Part shown: one piece after another, positions 39,309-52,661 of the stretch | Layout of the letters: each line of letters starts with the position of its first letter | Numbering within the stretch: the stretch's first letter is position 1 | DNA from: Lingula anatina | Taxonomy: Eukaryota; Animalia; Brachiopoda | Length of the DNA stretch: 64,000 nt | Reading direction: 5' to 3' | NCBI GenBank assembly: GCA_051362555.1 | Contig: CM120649.1 | Location: 1,674,001 to 1,738,000, forward strand | Notes under the pieces: generated by a model | What the model saw: only the letters and a program-made list of their open reading frames with translations | What the model was told of the DNA's origin: nothing | The model's database searches: none | Translations under genes and position numbers: made by a program

Positions 39309-42300
39309 GTAAGTGAATATGGACACTATAATACCTTGTCTGCAATTATGATATACATTGTCAATTTTCATCTTCAGTTGACACTGTTTGTCCATGTTAT
39401 TTCTGTCATTTTTTCCTGGAGTTAAGTCCATAAAAGATACGTGAATTAATAGACCTATATATTTTCCGGACCCGAGGGAGTTTTAGTACGACTGAGGGAC
39501 CCATTGGATAACAGGCCCGTAGTTGGTAGGGGGTGCGAACGCACTGTCCTTTCACTGTGTGATGTACACATGCAGTGTGTTTCACTGAGGGCCCTGCTAT
39601 GCGTTGTTATATATAATTCACTTTATCCAATAAAAATTGGGGCTAATATCACTGCTTTTGGCAAGATGTTTATAACATGCTGTGGCCAAATTTAAATGTA
39701 GTTTTTATTGAGGCAAAGACTACGTAAGAAAATCGTTACTATTAATTATTATCTTTCAGTAGCACTTTAGCCAAGTATGGTGGTTGGAACTACCTATTTG
39801 TATACTCAAGTGTGGTAAACCTGTTTTTCCAATTTTTATTTAATAAAAGAAATAATAATGGGCACAAAAAGGCATTGCGTACATAATCGAATACATCTAC
39901 GGGGATTTTTTTTTTTTAATTCTCTTTTATGGAATTTTTCGGTTCTGAATCATTCCATCTCCCCGCAGAAAATACAATCCAAGCTGCGACGTATGTGACC
40001 CTCGTAATGAGCATTCACAATAAACAGCACCGTTATATGGCCAGGTCTTTTTCCTACTCCAACCTCTATTTGCTGAATGCTATAAGCGAGGAGACAACAC
40101 GTACATAGTTTAATTGTCTTTGGTATGAGCAGGCCAGGGGAATAAAACTCCATGCGTGGACGTTTTAAAATCATTTGGACATGGCGCACAAGGCGTGGCA
40201 TTTTGAAAATAATAAGATATACATGGCAAATCAATTCAAATTGTTTGAATTTCAAAAGTTTCAACTATATATTTATATGTAGAATGATAAAGCATGCCTA
40301 ACATTTAAATTGCCTGGCAATATCTATCTTCAGACGGATGCGAGCCAAACAGTTGCTATAATGATGGAGTTTGCTTAGAAAGTGTCGAGGATCCTTCTGG
40401 CTTTCAGTGCATTTGCCCTGGTGCCTTTTTTGGAAAAAGATGCGAATTGCGTAAGCAGTGTCCTCATAACAAATTTGTCCTTTGTGGATAACAGGAAATA
40501 GTTATACAACATGTTAGAAACATGTTAGAAAGCAAGATTAATATCGCAACAATTGATACCAGCAGATATGCTTCATTTTATGCAATTTATCCATTAGCAA
40601 CGTGTCTTCCTCTATATGTAGGAGTTTTAATTTATTTATTATTTTTTTCTGCAAAACGACCATTATGTCATCATCGCTTGATGGCGCGGTATGGTCCCAT
40701 GTATATTGACGACATCTAGTTTAAATGCTTTTATTATTAAATATAAGAAAAAAGGCTCAGCAGAAGTACGCAAAAATATCAGAGTTCTGTACGAAATGAA
40801 TTCCATAGATATCAGTTACCCTGTCTAAGTAACTGCTTAAATCATAAGAATTGAAATATCTCAAATTAAAGAGCACGCGTAGCAGTTTATTACCCTTGCA
40901 ATATTTCATTTCAGGCCCGTGCCGCCTTAATTACTGCTGGAATGGTGCAAAGTGTGCAGTTAATACTACAAATTTGCTTTCGTGGTGCATTTGTCCGGAG
41001 GGGTATCACGGACAATTTTGCGATAAAGGTAGGCCGTACCCTTCTTATATTGCATTCCATGTGTAATTTGAAGCAGCAAAAGAAAATACAAAGAGAATTT
41101 ACCATCGCATATATTGACACCAGAACATATGCAATAGTAACTTCTATAGCCTGAGATCAAGCCATATGACACTAGATCTCTGTTTGTTGACTAAAAATAC
41201 AACTAACATATTCAAGTGATTAGGTGGAATTTACAAAACACGTCCTATTGTAACACCCGTTAAGGCGGTTTAAAAAGGTCAAGTATTCTGTCACGGGCGA
41301 ATGCCAGCTTATATCTTTTTACTTGTTGATAGCAACGTGTGGGGAAAACGCCCAGTGCGTTTACATACCGCTAAACAAGCCATTGCCAGAGAACAATGAC
41401 AGCTGCAATTCAGCATCTTACCAATATTGTGTTTGCGAAAAGGGTTACCTTTGGGACGGATTGAGCTGCTCCAGTAAGTTTTGTAGTTTACTGGATTATT
41501 GAACAATTCCGAAAATTGAAATTTGACATGATGAAAGTACAGGAGTCCTTTAAACAGGCAGTTTTGGGGATAAATTTATAGACCCCAGAGTTTTAGCCAA
41601 TTTTAAAATTTAACTACCCCCCTGTATATGAATGAAATGATTAAACATCTCTAACATTTAAATTGGCTTGACATCTATTTTCAGACGAATGTGAGCCTGA
41701 CAGTTGCCATAATGATGGGCTTTGCGCAGATCATATTGATGAATCGTCTGGCATCCACTGTATTTGCTTCTTAGACTTTTTCGGAGAGAGATGCGAATTG
41801 CGTAAGCAATGTCCTCGTTACGCTTACTATCGACTTTTCTGGATAATATGAAATAGTTATGTATAGCACAAGCTCATAATACATGTTTACTATAGCAAGA
41901 ACTGATACCACCAGATATGCTTCATTTTATATAATTAATTCTATGGTGGTGTGTCTTCCTAAATATGTTAATTAAATGAGTTATTCATTTATTTAATTAT
42001 TTATTTTATAGTTTTTTACTGTGAAATGAACAGTATTCCATTATCGCTTGATGGCGCGGGGTGGTCCAGTGTTAATTAATATAACACATTGTCAACATTT
42101 AGTTTAAGTGATTTTACATCTGAAGAGTAAGAAAAATGGCCTAGGAAAGTACGCAAAAAGTGACAGGTGTACGCAATTAATTCCATTGATATTAGTTACC
42201 CTGCTTAAAAATGCATACAAAGTCAATTTTTTGTCACAAAAACCAACCAAATGCCAGCATATAGTTTCAAGTAGTATAACTAAGAGAATTACCAAAAGGC

Positions 42301-43694
42301 ATTGCTTAATTTTACTCCAAAATGATGTTTGAACGGATTTTTCTGCTGGCATTCTAAGCTGTATGTCAATGGGGCAGGAAAGGAGGTCAGAAAAGTAGGT
42401 TAAATTTACAACCATAAATTTAAAGAAAGGAGCAGTCTAAAGGTCTTTTATGGCTGTTCGAGTGATCTATTCAGTTTATCCCTTAGCATGTCGAATTTAT
42501 TTGAGTCATATAAGAATCTAGTAGAAGTGGTTTACATGTATTACTGGGAATCCACGCTCCACCGATGCTCGGTTCGTATGTACCTTTAAGTAAATGCTTA
42601 AGTTATAAGAATTGAAATAACTTAACGGTGAGAGAGCATTTTATAATTCTTGCAGTGTCCTCATTTCAGGTCCGTGCCGCAATAATGGATGCTTGAATGG
42701 TGGAACGTGTGGAGTTCATACTATAACTTTGCGATCGTGGTGTATTTGTCCCGATGGTTATTTCGGAACATTGTGTCAAAAAGGTAAGCCGTGCCTTTCT
42801 AATACTGCATACTTTGTGTATCTCAGTATTAACATATAGCAGCTGATAGATCTAAGTTGTGAAGCATGCAGCAAAAGAAATTACAAAGCAAATTTAGCAG
42901 CGCAAAAATTGCTGCCAGAAAATATGTACATGTAGCAAGTACAGTAATAGTACCTTCTACAGACTGATATCAAGTCATATGGCTCTAGATCTCTCTTTAA
43001 AAACTATAAAACCATATTCAAATGATTTTGTTACGAAAACGTGTCCTATGGCTGTAGATCTCTGTTTATGATAATACAACTAACATATTCAGATGATTAG
43101 GTGGAACTTATGAAAACACGTCATAAAATAACGCCCATTAAGGTGATTTAAAATATTCAGGTATTCAGTCGCGGGCGAGTGCCAACGTACGTTTTTTAAA
43201 TTTTGTTTTCAGCACAATGTGGGGAAAACGCCCGATGCGCTGACACGCTGCGTAATCGTACATTGCCCGAGAACAATGACAACTGCAATTCATTATATTA
43301 CCAACATTGTATTTGCAACGAGGGTTACAGCGGGGATGGATTCAACTGCACCGGTAGGTCCTAGGTCGCATTCGGAACAGTGGACTAACTAGTTCTCGGG
43401 TCAAATATGGCTGACTCACTTGAATAATTCCCCCTAATCTATTCAGTGTCTTTATTGGATAAGACAGTCCTACCCCAAACTGTATTCAGAGTGAGGAAAA
43501 AACAGACATGGGCGAATTAAAGAGTTTAAGCAAGAAATAACGACACTCTAACGACACTCTAGCCACCTGTAATAATAATTTAAATTTGTGTTTATAAATT
43601 ATATCTTAAGCAATTTGACGTCAGGCAATGTCTACAACAATGAAATCTAAGGAAAAATTTGAGTAAAGGGCTATTCATAGTACATTGAGACATT

Positions 43695-43754
<60 letters not shown>

Positions 43755-44519
43755 GCCTGTTTATTCAGGTCTGTTCATATACTTTTGCTATTCTGCGTTT
43801 TTATCAAAACTATTTTTATTAAAAATATATATATTTTTTAATATCAACACTTAATAAATTTGCAAAAAATGCTTATCAGCTTGGTAGCTGGATCATAAAT
43901 AAACATTATCAAACACAAGCCGAGAAAAATGTCTTACTGTTAGCCAACCGTGGTGGGACTATATGTGAGATTAACTGCCGTGACTGCAATTCTTTTTTAC
44001 TTATTGAGACAGGTAGATATTATAAGACCAGGGTTAGTGAACACAGGAAACCAGTGAATGTATATAGACAATATACCAGCTCTGCCATTTCTAAGCATGT
44101 TATAGACAACGGCCACAGTACTGCCTGGAATTCAACCAAGGTCCTTGGATCCAAGTCATCTGATATCCTACGTAAGATACAAGAGGCTATCAACATCAAC
44201 CGTCTGCAGCCACCCACGAATAGGGTCGGGGAGGTCGATCTACCTGACATTTATAAGAGGGTCGTGGCCTCTATATACTATAAAGTCAAACTTAAAATGA
44301 TGACAGTGAGTATCAACATCTACGTACTCACGTCAGTCTGATGAAGGCCAACGTCAAAAATCTAACAGTGTGAACGTTTTCTCGGTTTGTGTTTGATAAT
44401 TTTCATTTAAGACTGAATAAATGTGTTTCTATATTACTGAATGCACAATGTGCTCTGATAAAAGCGGTGTCAAGGTGTCCATTAAATATATTTCTTTTCT
44501 TTCAGAATCGACGAAATAA
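39224..44519 (+). CDS. Gene C: secreted 6-EGF-like protein (SP-A-B-C-A-B-C), 280 aa
   Basis: join(39224..39308,40334..40450,40915..41028,41333..41473,41685..41801,42670..42783,43213..43353,44506..44519) = 843 nt; all introns GT-AG and phase 1; no stops. SP MMGVFFCPSLVLALMALLSQTQLSHTST; ends ESTK*. Confidence 0.85.
40334..40450 (+). CDS. Gene C EGF exon A1
   Basis: YGCEPNSCYNDGVCLESVEDPSGFQCICPGAFFGKRCEL. Confidence 0.9.
40915..41028 (+). CDS. Gene C EGF exon B1
   Basis: RPCRLNYCWNGAKCAVNTTNLLSWCICPEGYHGQFCDK. Confidence 0.9.
41333..41473 (+). CDS. Gene C EGF exon C1
   Basis: ATCGENAQCVYIPLNKPLPENNDSCNSASYQYCVCEKGYLWDGLSCS; acceptor GATAG. Confidence 0.85.
41685..41801 (+). CDS. Gene C EGF exon A2
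   Basis: NECEPDSCHNDGLCADHIDESSGIHCICFLDFFGERCEL. Confidence 0.9.
42209..42585 (-). mobile_element. 377-bp Kolobok-like MITE, copy 4 (in gene C intron)
   Basis: TTAA TSD; the uninserted paralogous intron is at ~40815-40840. Confidence 0.88.
42670..42783 (+). CDS. Gene C EGF exon B2
   Basis: RPCRNNGCLNGGTCGVHTITLRSWCICPDGYFGTLCQK. Confidence 0.9.
43213..43353 (+). CDS. Gene C EGF exon C2
   Basis: AQCGENARCADTLRNRTLPENNDNCNSLYYQHCICNEGYSGDGFNCT. Confidence 0.9.
43698..43751. repeat. (TA)n microsatellite
   Basis: Seen directly. Confidence 0.98.
44030..44350 (+). mobile_element. Penelope-like GIY-YIG endonuclease C-terminal relic
   Basis: RVSEHRK..TSSAISKHVIDNGHSTAWNSTKVLGSKSSDILRKIQEAININRLQPPTNR..LPDIYK, followed by CTGATGAAGGCC. 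Confidence 0.8.
44506..44519 (+). CDS. Gene C terminal coding exon (ESTK*)
   Basis: TTTCTTTTCTTTCAG|AA TCG ACG AAA TAA. Confidence 0.8.
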
Positions 44520-45844
44520 ACACCGGGAAAATGAAATAACAACCAAAAAAATACAAGACAGGATACACAGTTATTTGATTAATTTAAGAAGCAAATTTAT
44601 AATAAATATTCATTTGGACATTCATTGAAAATTGAATGTATTATATGAATGAAGTATTTCAATTGAAAATAAACTAATTTGGGCATTGCATTTGGTTCTT
44701 TATACTGCTCCACATTTTGCTGCTCCACATTTGTTTTGATATTTATGATTCTAAACATAAAAATAACTGTCGTACTTAGGTTAAGTACGAACAGAAATGG
44801 ACATTGACGACGCCTTACGGTTATTGAGTTTTTTTCATGTTTTTTTAATATTTCAATAACAAATACCACATTACAAAACTCACCCGTTAGCCACAGCAGA
44901 CTCACAGCCAGCTGTAATTATTGGTCTATTTTATGGGTATCAGAACATGTTTCGTCAAAAAGCGATTGCAGGGAGCTATCTACTTTATTGTAGTTCTAGA
45001 GGTAGTTTATACATCTGCATGTTCGGATCAACTCTGACAATGACTGTCAAACAAACCAAACCATTTTGCCGAATTATTATTTCACAAAACTTTATAAATT
45101 TATCACATTGGTAATTCTTCTCTTTTCGACTTAATGCCCTTCAATATCGAGATATAGCTTAAAAAGCTTTTAGATACATATTTATTATATGTAAGGACGA
45201 AGATTTTATATGATTAATTTGCTTTTTTTTTTTTGCCATTTATAACTGCACTACAAAAGTCAAACTAAAAATGATGTACTATTCCACTTACATATTTGTT
45301 AAACTGTTTTGACATGATTTAAGATAATTACAATGTTACTTAATAGGTTAAGATAGTGAGACACGTTACCAAAATCAATTTACGTAAAACCTACATGTTA
45401 CGAGCTCAATACAAGACTATTTGCAACGGGACAAAGTCATCTGGACAACAGCACATAAACCAAAAATTATCTTGTCTTTTGTTACTGCATCTGCCGATAC
45501 TGTAATTTTGTAATTTTGTCAAAAGTAAAAGTTAACATTTTTTGGTTTTGATTTGGTTCGTGGAAAGAAATAGTCGCCAAACAGTATGGTAAAGCAGAGT
45601 TCGTAAACAAATATCCCTTTTCTTTAGTTATATACTGGAAGAAAGTATCCAACGCGTCATGCGGTTTCCACTATGTTTGACTATGACGTCCTTTATCAAA
45701 GTAGCACTTAAAATAACTGGGTGATGCAAATAAAATAGCTCACTGGTGTGAGAAGAATACTTTTGTTTAATTTTTTGGATATTATTCCAACAAATTCTCG
45801 ACATCACCTAGCTGTTTAGGGATGCACAGCACACACACACGGGC

Positions 45845-45882
<38 letters not shown>

Positions 45883-46849
45883 GGCCGATGCCACGGATAG
45901 AAGGATTTGTTTATTTAGTCGTTTGTTTTATTTACTAAATCGTCTTTGATGACAAAGTCCAAATTAGCATCCAGAATAAGCAATGCGACCTAACGAGCAT
46001 CGCTTTTCATATAGTCATATGCTGGAAGTAATTTCATATCATCCAAAGCGTCATACGGGTTTCCATTATTTTTAATTCGGACGGCCTGTATTAAAGTAGC
46101 ACTGAAATCAGCTGGGTGACGCAAATAAAATAAAATAGCTAACTGGTGTGAGATGCCTTCTTAAGTTTAATGTTTTGGTTATTTTGGCTGTTATTCCATC
46201 ACTGTGTCACACATGCACGCACACATAAACACATACACAAGCACGCACACACACACTTACACACACACAAAGAAAGTTGAGTTAGCAAAGAGGGGGATAA
46301 AAAACTGATCGATGGCTGCCACGGATAGAAGGATATCTAATATTTGATTTAACTGAGCAATATAAATATAATATTGCAATGCTGTTATAGACCTTAATGA
46401 ACTCTGGTAGAATTTTTTTTGGCTATCTCTCACTATCTTGCCCCAATCCAGTATTTTTTGTGGCGCACAGACACAAACACAAGAGAGAGAGAGAGACTGA
46501 ATTTCATCAGAAATCTTTATCGTAAGAACTGGGCCAATTCGACGGGCAACATAATAATGAAAAAGACAAACAAATTGTTGGCTAGAGTCTCCTTTACCGC
46601 TTTACCTCAATAATAATATTTGCCAAGCTACGGGAGTGTTAATGGAAGTCACGACCTGAATGAAGATTTTCTAGGTCAAATATAAAAATACACGCTTCAT
46701 GGTGGACGAAAGAAGCCAATGAAAGACCGACAAATGGCGTGTGATAATAAATTGGGGACCCTATAGTCAAATAAGCACTATCGTGATTGGATAGTTTCTC
46801 GTGTGCCACGTTATTCACGAGATACACTGATGTCCCGGTGCTGGCTGTT

Positions 46850-46920
46850 TATTATAACCAGGAAGTGAGGAGACGTTGCATTTCGTGACCCGACTTCGAC
46901 GAGAAAAAAGGAGGTAAGTT
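46850..46920 (+). promoter_or_regulatory. Candidate TATA/Inr promoter and short non-coding first exon (gene D; conserved in paralogs)
   Basis: TATTATAA about 30 nt before TGCATTT, then donor GAG|GTAAGT at 46914. Donor-like sites are retained at 3706, 13156, 37054 and 61457. Confidence 0.4.
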
Positions 46921-48643
46921 TTATGTTAACTGTGAAATATTCTGAGCGGTGCAATTCTGCAAATTTATGGTGATCCCCTGCACACATCGATTGTTGGCAA
47001 CTAAACAGTGAAATATATGTGGTTCTGGTGGGAGGTAGTGCTTCCTCTCAAATATGTGTTGTTCATGTTTGACCAGGAATCCAATGAACCTAAATACGAA
47101 CAAAGAGTGATTAAAACAGGCGATGTTTACCTTGGTTCAAACTTTGAACAACCGCCTTTTGAATTCTAAGAAAGGAATAGTGTCATTTTCCATTTGTTGA
47201 AACTATTTCAAACAAAGAAAGTGCAAATTTTATTTCAAGTGATTTCATTATATGTTTATCGCTACAGACTATCAGGCAAATTGATTTGAAATTTATTGAC
47301 ATTGTACGGGCGTCCTAATGGACGTTTGTCGATCCTGCAGGTATGTTCTCCAAGATAAATGGATTACATGCATTTCTGCTTAACGAAAAACAGCTGGTAT
47401 TTACAGAACCTGCGAATGAGTTGCAAAAATGGTTTTAACAATATTTGGTTATAAGATGAACACACTCTTGACTTAATGGGTCCCCATATGTGTCACGATT
47501 ATCACAAAGTACACTGTGACACTGGTAATCCATTCTTATGGTTTTAATATGTAGTTGTCTGTATGAAACAAATGCATGTGACCACGGTCAAGGAATAGAT
47601 ATCCTTCCTTTTTGTCCTGTGTCAGAACTTGGTCCAAAAGCACCAAAACCAGTTTTATTGCTATGGTTACATAGCTAATTTTTGGCCTATATTTTGAAAA
47701 TCTTACAATTGTTAGGTTTCGAAGCCTTATTAAAGACATTAAACCAAGTAATTATTTTTAAAAAGCCGATTCAGATAAACAGTAGTTTTAACTTTTTGTG
47801 GTACTTTTTGCATTATTAGATGTCCGATGTCCCATTTGTCACTTGTATGCGAAGTGTTGTTAAAATTAACATTTTGACCAATTCTGAGAGAGTTTAGTCC
47901 CGGAAGTGGTCCCAGAAGTTTCAGATTTCCTTATAAGTGGGCCATAATAACTTTTTTGTTATTTATAGCAAGAAGAATAAATCATTTAACGTTTTGTGAA
48001 CAATGCTTATTTATTGTTTTAAAGGGCCAAATTTAACTTTTTCCACATTTTAAATTTTGGAATGTATTTTATTGTGCAATATAACTCAATGAAATTTACA
48101 AAATTTATATTTTATTTGTCTTTAAAGTAGTTTTAAGGAGGTTTACGCTTTAAATTTGAATAATCAGGCAAATTTATTTGAAATTTATTGACATTGTACG
48201 GGCGTGCTAATGGACGATTGTCGATCCTGCAGGTATGTTCTCCAAGATAAATGGATTATATGCATTTCTGCTGAACGAAAAACAACGGGTATTTACAGAA
48301 CCTGGGAATGAGTTGCAAAGTTGATTTAAACAATATTTGGTTATTAAGATGAACACAGTCTTGACTTGATGGGTCCCCATATATGTCACGATTATCACAA
48401 AGTACACTGTGACACTGGCGATGCATTCTAATAGTTTTAAAAGGGCAGTTATCTGTAAGAAACAAATGGATGTGGCTAAGGTAAAGGAATAGATATTCAT
48501 ACTTTTTGTCCTGTAGCAGACCTTGGTCCAAAAGCACCAAAAAAAGCTTCATTTACAAACACCAATGCTTGTTGCTATGGTTACAGGTAGAACCTGATTT
48601 TTGGCCAATTTATTTTTAAATCGGGAGAGTTGAAAACCTTCTA

Positions 48644-50029
48644 CACACACTGGACAAAAGAAGTGTCACCCCTACTGAGCCAATACTATGGGGGAGATAA
48701 ATGACTGTGGAATGATATGCTCCTAGTATCATTTTATTAACATCAAATTTCACAAAAAATCACAAAATGAGAACAAAATATACATTCTACCAAAATATGT
48801 AGTTTCAAGTCCAAAATTAGTACTTAGTGGCATAGCCACGTGACCTAACAATAGGTGCCAGTCTACGAAGCAAGGATTCATTTAATTGTCTGATGCGTTC
48901 AGGGCTATTGCTGGCCCAAGCATGAAACACTGAATATAACAGAGTTTCTCTGCTGGTTAGACGGGCATTTGTAAAAAGTTTTGACATATCATTCCACACA
49001 TTTTCTATTATGTTTGTATCCGGACTCTGGGCAGGCCACATCACCCTGCGAATGTACTGTTGGTCAAACCAATCATCAACTGCTCTGGGCCTGTGACAAG
49101 GAGCATTGTCATCCTGGTGAACAGATGGATTATTCCTTTCACCAAATATGTTAGTAATAGATGGTAGCAAGCCTGACTCCAAAACATCGATATATTTCTA
49201 GTGATTCATGTTTCCATTAACCACTATCAATTCGCCCAAGCCATGGATGCTGATGCAGCCCCACACCATGTTGAATATGCTGCTCCGGGTTGGAAAATTC
49301 AGTGCATGTGGTTCAAATGCTTTACCAGCAGTTTGCCAGTATAGTACCCGTCTGTCATCAGAGGTCAGAGCAAAGTGACACTCATCAGAAAAAATATATA
49401 GGACCAATTGTCATGAACTGTCCAGTTCCAGATCCTGTTGACCCTAGTTTACTCTACGTTACCTGTTTTGTAACGATTTAAGAGGTTTCAGTCTTGCTAC
49501 CCTGCTGTACACTCTCTGAGCATGTAACCGACGCCTAGCAATTTTCACAGACACATTCTTATGTGTGAAATTGTTCCACTGTGTTGTCAACTGACAAGCA
49601 GTGTCGAACTTTGGCAACCTGGACATCAAAATAAGTCGTCGGTCTTCACGGCCAGTATTTTTTCTTGGACGACCCATCAGAGGCAATTTGTCTCTTGATC
49701 CAGTGTTTCTATACCGAGACCAGACCCTCTGCACGGTTCTGACTGAACAATTCAATTGTATCGATATTCTGACATTGCTTATATTCCGCCTCTTCAGGTT
49801 AATAACTTGCACCTATAACCGTTAGATAATTACCTGTATCTTGCCATACTGGAGGAAGACAGGAATAACATTTGCTGTACATGTACAAGACCAACAATAC
49901 AATTCCATGGTATAGCGGTTTTATACTCATTATTCACATTATAAGTAGACCAGGCATTATAAGTACCCAAGATCTGCCTACTTTCATTACTCTGAGTTAG
50001 GGGGTGACACTTCTTTTGTCCAGTGTGTG
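48644..50029 (-). mobile_element. Full-length Tc1 (DD34E) transposon with disrupted transposase
   Basis: TIR CACACACTGGACAAAAGAAGTGTCACCCCT; TA TSD. Minus-strand ORF pieces at 48817-49847 include GRPRK, FSDECHF, QDDNAPCH and WPAQSPDTNIIENVW, with 34 residues between D and E. Confidence 0.93.
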
Positions 50030-50579
50030 TAATTGGTAGGTATCGAAGCCTTACTCTTAAAACATTAAACCAAATACATTATTTTAAAAATCTGATTGAT
50101 ATAGAACGTAGTTTTAACTTTTTTGCCATACTTTCAGAATCTTTAATTAGACGATCGATGTCTTGTTTGCCACCTGTATGCGAAATGTTGTTAAAGTAAA
50201 CATGTTTTTTTTTTTTTATTATTTCTGAAAGAGTTCCAGAAGTGGTGCTTTGTAAAGTTTCAGATTCCTAATACGTGGATCAAAATAAGATTTGATTATT
50301 CATAGCAAGAAGAGCAAATCCTCTATCGTTTTATCAACTATATTCATTTATCCCTTTAGGAGGCCAGATTGGAATTTCTCCATATTTCCAATTTTCGTAT
50401 ATATTTTATGGTGCCTGAACTCAAATCAAATTTACAAAATTTGATATGTTATTGGTCATGATGGTAGTTTTGAGGAGGTTGATGTTTTAAATTTGTAAAA
50501 ATAGTGTGAAATATTGGTATCTTCACAGGTACTTTGTATTTTGACAACCATATGTCTTGTTATCTGGAAAAATACAAAA

Positions 50580-51075
50580 AATAATAATATTTATTTATAG
50601 TCTTAACTCCAACATATGCTCAATAGACTTTACAGAATATATAAAATTCACAATTAAAAGAAAAAATACTAATGGTCATAAAATGAAACAAGGAAAATGA
50701 TGGAAGAAAAATTGTTAAAGTTATAAAATAGATATATAAAATGGTTTAGAGGTGGAAATTAAAACTATGAACTAAGAAACAATTCTTACAAGAATTCAAA
50801 AATAATATTGCATAAAAAGGTAGATTTTAAGTTCCTTTTTAAAATGTCCAGGGTCTACAATTTGTCTATGGTTGATGGGAAAATTATTCCATTCTCTAGG
50901 TGCTGTAATTTTAAAAGCCTTGTCACCGTATGACGCCATGCAATCTTGCCTTACAAGCCTTAAAAAGAAGGTACTCACCTGATCTAAGATTTCTTGCTGA
51001 TGTATAATGTGAAACAAGCTCATTTGAATAAAAGGGTGCAAGTTAATAAAATGCTGCATGTGCAAACGTTAAAAG
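50580..51075 (-). mobile_element. L2/CR1-type LINE 3' fragment
   Basis: ASYGDKAFKITAPREWNNFP..HFKKELKIYLF; same family as 33250-34210. Confidence 0.75.
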
Positions 51076-52576
51076 TGGAACTTCATTAAAACAGTTGTGA
51101 TTTTTTTTTTGAGTGCGGGTCAGTAGGAGAGCAGATATGTTCTGTACATGAGCACTATCTAAAACAGTTTACAATTGTATGGTCATCGATTTTTATTACA
51201 TAATTACGTTTTAACATTATTTTCGTTTATTATAGAGACAAACGCTCCACATATAGCAGTACCGTGGCATTATTTTTACTTCAGCTTATTTATTTCCTTA
51301 TGAAGGGGGAATGGGGGCATCCTTCTTTCAGTTATCATTGGATTATTAATGAGAGTTTATTTATTTATTTACCTATTTATTGACCTATTTATTTATTGTT
51401 TGTTTGCTGCTTGCAAAAATAGCAATCAAGTATTTGCGATGTCAATGAATTCCATTTCCTTTCTTGACATCTGTGCAATCAAAACGCAATATTTACGTAG
51501 ACGGAAGTATAATTATAGCATCAAACTAGACAAAAGTTGGGTCGTGCCATAAAATGAAAAAGACATTGCACAATTACACATAATGTAGTTATATTTGATT
51601 GTTTAGCTAATCAAGATATTACTTTCATTCTTGGAATATCAAAATTACAAATATTGACATTTTATGCGTTTGACACCACTAAAATTGCAAAATCATATTA
51701 TTTGTAATATATCTATGTCATTACACATTTTATAATTGCGACTATCCCACCATTCAATGCGCGATGCTTGTTATCATGAAACTGATGCTATTGCTGATAC
51801 ATTGATGAGTAGTACTCAGCCTCATAAGATAAAACACGCTGAGGGGGGTCACGGTGTAACTGAATGTTTAGAGAGGTTAAGCTTCAATTTTGTGTAAAAA
51901 GTGAAAAGGTAAATCTTATGATTATTATCAATATACAGCACAGATCAATTGACTTAGCTAGTTTTTGAAATGTTTAATGTTGAAAAATGTTATGCATAAT
52001 ATGATAAAACATGATTTTATAAAATGTGCATCAGTGTAGTTTTTGTTTTCTTCTTCTTATTATTATTATTATTAAATAGTATTCCATGAACAAAGTATTC
52101 TTCACGTGAAAATTTACAGCAAACAAAAAGATTCTGATCGAAAAGCCTTGAGATCCCACGGCAGAGTTTAAGTTTCATCTTTTCTGTCAGGTTTACAGAA
52201 TGATAACATATCTTATATAAGCTACCAAGCTGAGCAGGATGTTATCGTAACCAGCACTTGATACTATGTTAAATTACATTGGACGCTCTGTAAAAATGAT
52301 GAACCACGCACACGCACAGTTAACTGCAACGATGTTGCCATGAGCATTCGGTTGCAAATTGCAATGCACCTGAAAAAGATTATATATTGCCATATCGCAT
52401 TGTTTACGTGCCTCGTAATCTGTGATATTTTCAAGGAAGCAAGCCCCATTTAGTTTAAAGATTTACATACATGTATGATGATGTTGAAATTTTACCACTT
52501 TCTTTTTCTGAACATCTTATTCTATTCCAGCATAGAAGTGCTATAAAAGAATACTATCTCCAACATCAACCAATCA

Positions 52577-52661
52577 ATGATGGGATTGTTGTTCTGCCCG
52601 AGTCTTGTTCTGGCCTTAATGGCGTGCGTATTTCTCAGTCAAACTCAGCTGGGTGTCACAG
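52577..52661 (+). CDS. Gene D signal-peptide exon
   Basis: ATG ATG GGA TTG..., donor GTAAGT at 52662. Confidence 0.85.

Noticed and set aside
37972-42415. Recurrent MVVNLTYF... ORFs as a small protein family
   Set aside because: They lie mostly within the 377-bp MITE copies, run into unrelated flanks and show no domain signature.
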